Shown here: piece by piece, positions 8,663-20,600 of the stretch
Position numbering within the stretch: position 1 is the first letter of the stretch
Layout: every line of letters starts with the position of its first letter
Assembly (NCBI GenBank): GCA_965197475.1
Contig: CBDANF010000003.1
Coordinates: forward strand, 3,968,001 to 4,032,000
Reading direction: 5' to 3'
DNA: 64,000 bases
From: Candidatus Poribacteria bacterium
GTDB lineage: Bacteria > Poribacteria > WGA-4E > WGA-3G
Made by a program: the position numbers and the translations under genes
Notes under the pieces: model-generated
Told to the model about the DNA's origin: nothing
Seen by the model: only the letters and a program-made list of their open reading frames with translations
Databases searched by the model: none

Positions 8663-11600
8663 ATGAAAAAACGAACACTTGTTTGTTTTTTGATTTTTAC
8701 ATTGTGTGTTTTTTACAGTTCAATACCAGACACTGTGTTTGGGCAAGACGCGGATCCAACTCCTGAGGAACTCGCCCAACAGGTGTATGACGAGTACAGC
8801 GCAACGCTTACTGATGATACAGTCATTCAAGGTGATGTGACAATTCGAAGCTTGGTTATAGGAGTCCTCACATCGCTAAGCGATCCTGCGGTATTGGAGA
8901 ATCCATTACTTGATCAATTTGGAGGTTTTGAAGGAGCTTTAGATACGGTTCTTGCGAATCCGAGTCTGATAGGATTTGCATTACCGAGCTTGTCTGACCA
9001 AGATAAAGCTAATTACCAAAGTCTTTTAAGTATGGAAGCAATCCAAAAAATGCTTAAGGATTCTACTGTACGGACTTTGATCCAAAACGCAGAAGCAGTA
9101 AAGGTGCTTTTGGCTAAAATTGAGGCAGATCCGCCAGTAGATCCGCCTGATCCACCAGTAGTAGATCCAGCACCGCCGACGTTAGAAATTACAACTTCGC
9201 CCCCGGTAGCTGAGCAAAGTGGTTCGTTTAATGTTGTTTTTGCTACTACGGATGTTAACGGAGACCCGGTTACCGTAACAGGTTCTATTTCGGTGGACCC
9301 CGTTGATGCAGCGAAATATTACAGCATCCCCAGCGGAACGCTCACCGGTAGTGTGAGAGTTACGCAGGCTGCTCCCACCACGGAAATGCCTACCATTCCT
9401 GGCGCGACTGTCACATTAACGCTGACAGCTAATGACGGTACGGCGGATTCATCCCCGGCAACCTTTGTACTAACATTTGCTATAAGGGAGAAACCGCCTG
9501 ATAAACCGGTTAAACCGGTTGTCGATCCATTTGCTCCAATAGCGTCCCCGGATGGCGAGTTGCGACTTGGTGGACTTTCACTTAACAGGATTGGTGGAAG
9601 GCGATTTGTGGCGCAGCTTATTGAGCAAGCTTTACCATCTGGACTGCCTTTGGAAGGAGATGCCTTGGTAGATCCGTTGGTTGATTTCATTCTTGCACAG
9701 GTGCCACAAGGGATTCTCCCTAAAAAGCAGATTAAGAATAATTTATTCTCTCAACAGCCTCTCCCTATTTTTGCAAAGGAAGCGGCTCAGTTAGATCATG
9801 AGAACTTTGGTAATGCTATTACACCTGATTACCTTGGTGAACTTATCTATCTTAACGTGCCAAACGAGACCAAATATCTAACCCGTGATAGTTTGAACGT
9901 TTATGCACGCTATCCATCAGCTGATATTGGTGGTGTTAGGTTTAGTCTTACCGATGGAAGAACAGTTGAAGGTCAGAAGGTTACGAAAGAGGTCCTACAC
10001 GCAGATACTATCCTTTATACCTTCCGATTGGAGGAGACACTCGCTGCTACGAACTTACCGGCATGGCCCGCTTTAGGCGAAGGCGCACAGTTGTTTTCCA
10101 GCGTTGTTCTTCGGTATGCGAAAACGTTAGAAGAATTGAAGGATTTGCCCAGTGCCGAAAATATGACAGCGATTCGCCAAGAAGATGGTTCTTTTGTTTG
10201 GGAAACAAGAGATGTCCGCATCACACCTGGTAATACCTTTTACTACTTTGAAGTGGTACTCACCGAACCGGTGACATTAGAGATTTTGGACCTCCAAGCA
10301 CTTGATGAGGCATTTTCAAAGCCCGGGCAAATTGCGGTAGGAACGAAGACCCATACAATTACGGGTTGGGCGATGCCAGACCCGCGTAATATCCAATTAC
10401 GTGATCACGGGATTTTTGAGGCATTATTCACCGACGCGATTCGAACTGAAATTGGCAAAGTGGCGACTTCATCCGATGTTGTAGCCTTAGGTTTAAAAGC
10501 TGTAGGCGGTGAAGTAGTTACTGGTAAGGAAATTCAGGAAGCGATTCCCGCCCAACAATTGAGAAACCTACAGCGTCTCTTGCTGAGTAGCGTTGATGCC
10601 TTAATTACGGACCTTCAACTCACATTTGACCCGATGTTGGCTTCTGCTTTCACTTTGTATGATGTAGATCTGGAGACTGATTCAATTTGGGTTGCGAATT
10701 TTGATGGTCTTGCTGAAGAAACATATTTTTTAGAAGCACTTGCATACGATTCAGAAGGAAATCCGTTGGATCAAATTCAAGAGGATTTCACTGTTGATAC
10801 GAGTGCACCGACAGCAGGTATCAAGGTTACATCCGGTAATAACGTTAGTGCTTATGAGGACGGAGATGTCTTTGTTGTTACTGCTCCTGAACCAGGTGCT
10901 GCTACGTTGAGTATTACGGCTACGCCTGAAAAGTTGTATGAGTTAGGAGTAGACAAAGGGTATCTTATTCTCCAAATGATTAAGTTGGACGAGCATGGGA
11001 ATCCTCACCCTGAAGGTACTTGGTTGCCGTTGGGTATTGAGTCTATGATGTTAGCGTCTGATATTTGGGATGAGGTCAAAGGACAATTGGAAGGACACCC
11101 AAATCCGGATGTAGATTATCTTTCAACGCAGTCCGTGAGTGATATCTTGGGTATACTAAATCTGCTAACTCTTGATGCGATACAGAATAGTGATCAGATA
11201 CCGCTATTGGCAGGGATACTGAAATCGGCAGATGCGTTCTTTAAAACGTTTGGTATAAAACCCACTCCGGAGCAATATATAGAACTTCGGGATCTTATAG
11301 GTGCCGTAGTAGACGACATAAACCTTGTGCCGCTGATCTTTGATGAGACACAAGTGACGATGACGATACCTATTCAGGGTGAGAATATGGATCTCCTGGT
11401 TGGAGATTACGGTATTCGCGCAATGGGTATTGATAATCTCTTCAATGTTGGTTCTTACGAACCTCCTGCTATGCGTATCAAAATAGTGCCGCCAGAGTTT
11501 GACACAGCAGAGGTCACTGCTGTCAGTATTGGCGACTTTAATGATGATGGCGATCCTGTTCCTGATACTCCGCATAAAACTGGAACCATCTACTCAAATA

Positions 11601-14600
11601 CTTTGGACGATGTGACATTAACTGTCCACGTAACCGAGCGCACCGAGCATCCTGCAACTGCGATGGTGCAATACATGGATGCTAACGGTGACTGGCAGGA
11701 TATCGGTGGACTTGATCTGGCTGACACTCAAGCAGGTTCAACGCTCCCAATTAAATGGGAAAATCTCACTGCTGAGGTGTTTGACGACTTGATAATGGCT
11801 GGTGACACTGTTAGGGTTCGTGCTGAGGCAACCAACGAGCTGACCGAAGGTTTAACGCCCCCTGATGCACCGGTGGAATTTGAGATAAAGTTAGATGCTG
11901 GTCTTCATCCGCCTGAGGTGTTGGCAATTATGGTGGATCCTATGTCCATCACAAAAACCAATCCTGATAGTGGTGCACCCCAAGGTACAATCGTTATTAA
12001 CGGTTATACCCCAGAGTTAACAGGCCCAGAAACCGAATCTGTCCGATTTGAAGCTAAACGGCCCGAAGATGAAGATTGGGAAGTCATCGGCGAAACTACA
12101 GAAGGCCTGGATTTTACTGTAGAAGCTGACGACTTGGAAAACCCGATTGGTCCTCCTGACACGTACCATCAATGGTCTATTACCGTGGATACCGCTACCT
12201 TAAATGAGGGTGATGGTGATACAATCACGAAGGATAGCCCCGGTGCGCGGCAGGATTATATCTTCAATGAGATCACCAACCGATACGAGGTGGTTGACGG
12301 TTACGTGGTGGTTGACGACAACAAATACGAGGTTCGTGCTGTTGCTATTAGTATGGACAAATTAGAATGGTCTTCTGATGCCCGCACAAACTTCTCTGTT
12401 GATAACGTTGACGATGTAGCACCTCGCGGTCTTACCCACGTTAGCGTAACAAACCTTAAGGCGTTTAGTGATAGTGACAAGGTCTTTATTGACAGGCCCG
12501 TTGAAGTTGCTGAAGATGGCAGCTACACAGTTGGCGGCCTCGTTGATAGACATGATGCTGCTGTCGATTCGCCAGTAGTTACCTTCACCATCAAACCGCA
12601 AGCTCCTCTGGGAACCTACGAATTGGTGAAATTGGTAACGCCGGATTTCCCTGAAAATACAGTGAGGGTAGAGGTAACCCCAGCCGACGAAGAAGGCGTT
12701 TTTGAAGTAGCCATTTTCGATATTGGGACGCTTACTGACGACGACGAACTTGCTGACAACGACGAATACGTGAAAAACGGGCCTTATATGTTCCACGCCT
12801 TGGCTTTTGACGAATTCGGTAATGTGCAAGAAGATTTGTCTGCAACCGATGGAACGTTAATCACGGTCAATGTTGCAAACACCCGCCGTCCTGCGCCTGG
12901 TGCCTTAGCGATAACTATAGATCCCGATAAAGATATAGGTCCGAATCCGGATAGTGGTGGTTATCGTGGTGTGATCACTTTCAACGGTTATACCCCCAAT
13001 CCGACATCTGCACCGACACAGAAGATTCGGTTTGAGGTTAAACGTCCAGGTGAAGAGGAATGGACATTAGTAAGAATTGATGCCGGACAAGATAAACGCC
13101 AAGATGCTGTTGAAGTGGAATTGGAACCAATTCTTCCTGGCATTGATATTGCCAAAACGAAGGATATGGAACACCCATACCCTGTCGCTTGGCCAGAGAT
13201 GTACTACAGATGGTCTGTTGATTTTGATACCACGTTCTTGACAGATACCATCACAGCGGATAGCCCCGCCGCGCGCGATCACACTAAGGATGAGAACGCG
13301 TATATGGTGCGTGCTGCAGCGATTGATGGGGTTGAACGCTATGTAGAAGGTGTAATAGCCGATCTCTCAATAGACAATATTGACGATGTCGCACCCCTCG
13401 GTCCGACCCATATTGTCATCAACAGTATTGATGATGTTAATGCTGTTGATCCTGTCTTTATGAAGGATGACGATGGAAACTACACGGTAGGTGGCCTCGT
13501 TGATAAACATGACGATGCTGTCAATTCGCCAGTTATTACCCTGACTATCACACCAACAGCTGAGCGCAAAACCTACGACAACGTGCGGTTGATAAGCACT
13601 CTTGAAGGCACGCTCATTAGTGAGCCTATGGAGACTGTTGTAGCGACCGAGACTGCCGACGGTAGTGGTATCTTTGAAGTAACTGTTGATATCGGTACGC
13701 TGATTGACAACGAAACGTACTTGGCAAACGGACCTTATATGTTCCATGCCCTAGTTTCTGACGAAAATCATCCATTCCACCCGGAGATTGAGAACGTGCA
13801 GGAAGATATGTCCGACACTGACGGATCGAAAATCACCGTCAACGTTGCAAACAATCGTCGTCCTGCCCCTGGGGTGTTAGCGTTAACCGTAGACCCCGCA
13901 ATGGTCACGAATCCGGATAGTGAAGCACCGCAAGGTACAATTACTATCAACGGATATACTCCCGATCCGACCTCTGCACCGATGATGCAGGTTCAGTTTG
14001 AGGTTAAACGTGACACGGATGCAGAATGGATAAGTGTTGGTACTGCTGAGATGTCTGAAGCCGCTGTTGAAGCGGAATTGATGCCTATTGTTGCTGACAT
14101 TGATGCTGCCAAAGCCAAAGATATGGTACACCCGTATCCTGTTACGTGGCCCGAGGCATACCATAGATGGTCTATTGAAGTAGATACGACTACTTTAGAA
14201 GATAGCATCAATAAGGATAACCCCGGTGCACGGGATGTATCCCTTGATGATAACCCGTATATGGTACGTGCTACTGCAGTTGCGACCGATGGTGTTGAAC
14301 ACAGCGTTGAGGGTGTAACAGCCATGTTCTCCGTTGACAACGATGACGATGTCGCTCCACTCGGTCCGACGAACGTTGTCGCAACAAGCATTGACGCAGT
14401 TAACCTTGTCTTTATGGACAATGGTGACGGAACTTACACAGTTGGCGGTCTCGTTGATAAATACGACCCCGAAGTCAACTCTCCTGTAGTTACGTTCACG
14501 ATTACACCAACAGCCGTCCGTAAGACTTACGCATCGGTTAAGTTGCTAACAACTCTACCTGAAGGTGCTATTATCGGTGACATAACCGAAACTGCCGAAG

Positions 14601-17600
14601 GTAGTGGTGTCTTTACAATAACAGTTGATGTTGGCACATTAATGGATGACGATGATTTTGTCTACAATAACAGATATATTGAAGACAGCTATTTCGAAAA
14701 TCCAGAAGAATTAGTCTATAATCCAAAAGGCGAAGTCTTTACGTTCCAACTTCATGCGTTAGCGTATGACAAAGCGATGTCTTATGATGATGTCACTGCT
14801 GCTGACGCAATGTTCCTTGAATACGGAAACATTCAGGCAGATGACTACGATGGCGATGAAATCACGGTGAATGTTGAAAACACTTACCGACCCGATCCGG
14901 GTGTGATGGCAATCGGCGTTGTAAATTCGGACGGAATGGTAAATCCTGATAGTGGTGCACCGCAAGGTGAACTCACTTTCAATGTGTATACATACTATCT
15001 TACTTCACCTCCAACAGAAGGTATTCGTGTTGAGGTAAAACGACCCATTGATGATACGTGGGAACGTATTACTGGTACTGCTGTAGACCCTGTACCTGTG
15101 GATGTATCCGATGTGCCAGGTATTGGCGATTTAGCCGATATTACTGGTGGTCTTGTCGGAATTACTGAAGTTGGCACTGTGTCCGGTGAAGAATCGGAAG
15201 TGGAAATTCCCACGCGCTACATGAAATGGACGTTTATAGTGGATACACGTGAGTTGGCATTGGAAGATACCGTCACTCCAGAAAATACCATCAAACTGGA
15301 TGATACCATCAACCGAGGCGATGGTGATCCTGAACGTGACGCGGCCTTAGACGCAAACCAATATGAGGTGCGTGCATGGTCACTCACACCGAAAAATAAA
15401 AATCTGGATCAACCTGAATACCCACAACGGGATGGTGTGGAAGCGTCTTTCTCATTAGACAATAAAGATGATGTCCCACCACTCGGTCCGACGAACATCA
15501 CTGATATTGCTGATGTCGCAGGATCTATCGCTGCGAATGAAGATGGCAGCGTTACTGTCGGTGGAATCGTTGATCTTACAGTTCCTTCACCAATCGCTAT
15601 ATTTACCATTGAACCGACTGCAGATCCAATCACTTATGTTGGTGGGAAGACCGTTCTGGTTCAAACTGCTCCTGATGGAACAGTAACCGAAACCGATGGT
15701 AGCCTTGAAGTAGGAAGTATTGAAATTGATGTCGGTCTACTTGCGAATGGTACCTATATGTATCATGCACTCGTTGTTGATGAATTCGGCAATGTGCAAG
15801 TACAAGGTGAACTTGATAGACCTTCACCAGTGATCACCGTGAATATCGTAAACTTCCGAGTAAGTGATATTACGGACCTTACTGTAACGGCAGTTGATGG
15901 TGAATCACCAGACAGACACCTACTCCAAGAAACTATTGGAGAACTTCAAGGCAGGTTCCCTCTAAAAGAATCAATCGCTTTGAGTTTCAATGTTAATAGC
16001 GGTTCACTGGCAGTTGAAGAACTTATAGGTGTTCTTATTGATGGGCAACCAGTTACTTATGCTGCAGGTAGTGATGTAGAAAATGCTTTCTCACTGATGG
16101 CAAGTGAACTTTCTGCAGTAGTGGATGGATGGTATACACCGCACGGTCAGGTAACTAAACGGAACGGTTCTGTAACCTTCCCGTTAGCAACGATTAACTT
16201 GGACAACACCGGTCCAATGATCGCCATTGAAACACCCGTAGAAGGGGCTACAGTTAATGACTTGCCAACGCTTCTTGCTGGTTTCGGTGATGGTGATTTG
16301 GGTAGTGGTGTAAGTGATGGTAGTGGTGTAAGTATGAAAGATACTGCTGCCGTTTTATTAGCACGGCTCCGTCCGGAAGAAGTTGTTCAGGACGCAGTAC
16401 CTGTTGATGTTGATCAGAGCATGGTTGAGCAGGATTTAGACTCTGTTGTCTATACCCGCACAGACAGACTTGCTGGTGGGGCATATATGTTCACAATCCA
16501 GGTTTCAGATATCCTGGGGAACATCGGAGAACAGTCAGTATCGTTTGCTGTTGAAGGTATAAACCCAACGGTCGTAATTACTGCACCTGCTTCTGGACAA
16601 ACTCTCGACCACAGTACGGAAGAAATTACCGGTTTCTTTGCTGGTGGTGGGGATGTTGAGATTACGAAGTTTACCATTAACGGTGAACCTGTTGACGTAG
16701 TAGAAAGCGATAACGAATTTACGTATACGCTTCCTGAAAAAGATAAAGATGCAGATGGAGTGTTAGAGGATGGCGAATACACGGTCGCTGTTGAAGTTAC
16801 AGATGGTAGTGGTTTAACTGCTGAAACATCTCTAACCTTTACAGTAGAATTACCAGTTCCGACAGTCGCTATTCACTCACCTCATGCGGCTCAAGTATAT
16901 GACAATGGCACACCGATTATCGCTGGTGATTTCTCAGGTGCTGCTCCAATAGTAGTTACACTCTCTATTGATGGTGAAGCTGTTGAGCCAGTCGTGAACG
17001 ACAATAACCAATTCACCTACACACCGACAGAAGAATTGAGTAATGGTCCACATACGGTTGTTGCTGTAGTCACAGACGATAACGGCAGAACCGCCGAGAC
17101 ATCTACTGACTTCATGATTGATATACCGGGTCCGACAGTTATGATTCATGTGCCTGATGCAGGGCAAATGTATGATATCAGCAGACCGACTATCGTAGGT
17201 GAGTATTCAGGTGTTGCTGCGCCAGTATCACTAAGCCTCACTCTTGAGGGTGAAGTTGTTCCAGTAAACGATAAAGGTAAAGAATTCGATTATACACCTG
17301 TTGGCGCATTAGATGATGGTGAATACACGCTCGTAGCTAAAGTCACCGATGCGAATGGTAAGACTGCCGAAGCAACTGCTATCTTTACGATAAGATTACC
17401 AGTTCCGACAGTCGCTATCCACTCACCTCATGCGGCGCAAGTATATGACAATGGTACACCGATTATTGCTGGTGATTTCTCAGGTGCTGCTCCTATAGCG
17501 GTTGCACTCTCTATTGATGGTGAAGCTGTTGAAGCAGTCGTGAACGACAAAAACAACCAATTCACTTTCACACCGACAGAAGAGTTGAGTGATGGTCCAC

Positions 17601-20600
17601 ATACGGTTGTTGCTGTAGTCACAGACGCTAACGGCAGAACTGCCAAGACATCTACTGACTTCATGATTGATATACCGGGTCCGACAGTTATGATTCATGT
17701 GCCTGATGCAGGGCAAATGTATGATATCAGCAGACCTGTTATTCAAGGTGAGTATTCAGGTGTTGCTATGCCAGTGGAACTAAGTCTCACGCTTGACAGT
17801 GAAGCTGTTCCAGTAAACGATAAAGGTAAAGAATTCGATTATACACCTGTTGACGCATTAGATGATGGTAGATATACACTCGTAGCTACAGCGACTGATG
17901 CGAATGGTAAGACTGCTGAAGCAACTGCTATCTTCTCCATAAGATTGCCAGTTCCGACAGTAGTTATCCACTCACCTCATGCGGCTCAAGTATATGACAA
18001 TGGTAAACCGATTATCGCTGGTGATTTCTCAGGTGCTGAACCTATAACGGTTACACTCTCTATTGATGAAATACTTGTTGAGCCAGTCGTGAACGATAAC
18101 AACCAATTCACCTACACGCCTGCAGGAGCATTAAGTGATGGTAAGCATCAGGTTGTTGCTGAAGTCATGGACGCTAACGGCAGAACCGCCAAAACAACTA
18201 CTGACTTCACGGTTGATATACCAGGTCCGACAGTTGCGATTCTTACGCCCGCTGCGGGTCAGGAATATGAGCACGGTAAGCCGGTTGTCCGAGGTGAATT
18301 CGGAGGTGAAACTGATCTTGAGTTCACCCTCACCCTTGAAGGTGAAGTTGTCCCGGCAACAGTAGTTGATAACACATTTGATTATACGCCTGATCCATCT
18401 TTGGACGATGGTGAGTATACGCTCATTGCTAAAGTCACCGACGCTAATGGTAAGAGTATGGATGCAACTGTTATCTTCTCGGTAAAATTACCGGTTCCGA
18501 CAGTCGCAATTCTTACCCCCGCTGCGGGTCAAATACTTGACCACGGCCAACCGGTTATCACGGGTGATTTCTCAGGTGCTGATCCTATAGCGGTTACACT
18601 CTCTATTGATGGCACAGCTGTCATAGCAGATGTAAATGAAAACAATGAATTCACTTACACGCCAGCGGTTGCGCTGAGTGATGGTGAACACATGATTGCT
18701 GTTAAAGTTACGGATGCTAATGGTAGAACCGCTGAGACATCTGCTGTTTTCACGGTAGATATACCGGGTCCGTCAGTTGCGTTACATGCTGTAGAAATGT
18801 ATGATATTAGCATGCCGGTTATCACAGGTGATTTCTCAGGTGTTGCTACACCAGTATCACTAAGCCTTACGCTTGATGGTGAAACTGTTTCTGCAACAGA
18901 AAGTGAAAACACATTTGAGTTTACACCTGCTGATGCGTTAGATGATGGTGAATACACACTTGTTGCTGTAGCCACTGATGCTAACGGAAAGACAGCAAAA
19001 GCAACATCTGTTTTCACAATCAGACTACCTGTTCCGACAGCCACAATAACTACACCGGCTGCGGGTCAAGTCTATGATCACGGTATGCCTATTATTACAG
19101 GTACTTTTTCAGGTGCTGATCCTGTGAAGGTAATAGTCTCTATTGATGGTGAAGTAGTGCCGGCGGAAGTAAGTGGAAATGATTTCACTTATACACCGAC
19201 AGACGCACTGAGCCATGGTGGCTATACAGTCAAAGTTGTCGTTACAGATGCTAACGGCAATATGGAAGAAGCATCTGCTGACTTTGAAGTGGATATACCG
19301 GGTCCGTCAGTTGCGTTACATGCTGTAGAAATGTATGATATTAGCATGCCGGTTATCACAGGTGATTTCTCAGGTGTTGCTACACCAGTATCACTAAGCC
19401 TTACGCTTGATGGTGAAACTGTTTCTGCAACAGAAAGTGAAAACACATTTGAGTTTACACCTGCTGATGCGTTAGATGATGGTGAATACACACTTGTTGC
19501 TGTAGCCACTGATGCTAACGGAAAGACAGCAAAAGCAACATCTGTTTTCACAATCAGACTACCTGTTCCGACAGCCACAATAACTACACCGGCTGCGGGT
19601 CAAGTCTATGATCACGGTATGCCTATTATTACAGGTACTTTTTCAGGTGCTGATCCTGTGAAGGTAATAGTCTCTATTGATGGTGAAGTAGTGCCGGCGG
19701 AAGTAAGTGGAAATGATTTCACTTATACACCGACAGACGCACTGAGCCATGGTGGCTATACAGTCAAAGTTGTCGTTACAGATGCTAACGGCAATATGGA
19801 AGAAGCATCTGCTGACTTTGAAGTGGATATACCGGGTCCGTCAGTTGCGTTACATGCTGTAGAAATGTATGATATTAGCATGCCGGTTATCACAGGTGAT
19901 TTCTCAGGTGTTGCTACACCAGTATCACTAAGCCTTACGCTTGATGGTGAAACTGTTTCTGCAACAGAAAATGAAAACACATTTGAGTTTACACCTGCTG
20001 ATGCGTTAGATGATGGTGAATACACACTTGTTGCTGTAGCCACTGATGCTAACGGAAAGACAGCAAAAGCAACATCTGTTTTCACAATCAGACTACTTGT
20101 TCCGACAGCCACAATAACTACACCGGCTGCGGGTCAAGTCTATGATCACGGTATGCCTATTATTACAGGTACTTTTTCAGGTGCTGATCCTGTGAAGGTA
20201 ATAGTCTCTATTGATGGTGAAGTAGTGCCGGCGGAAGTAAGTGGAAATGATTTCACTTATACACCGACAGACGCACTGAGCCATGGTGGCTATACAGTCA
20301 AAGTTGTCGTTACAGATGCTAACGGCAATATGGAAGAAGCATCTGCTGACTTTGAAGTGGATATACCGGGTCCGTCAGTTGCGTTACATGCTGTAGAAAT
20401 GTATGATATTAGCATGCCGGTTATCACAGGTGATTTCTCAGGTGTTGCTACACCAGTATCACTAAGCCTTACGCTTGATGGTGAAACTGTTTCTGCAACA
20501 GAAAATGAAAACACATTTGAGTTTACACCTGCTGATGCGTTAGATGATGGTGAATACACACTTGTTGCTGTAGCCACTGATGCTAACGGAAAGACAGCAA

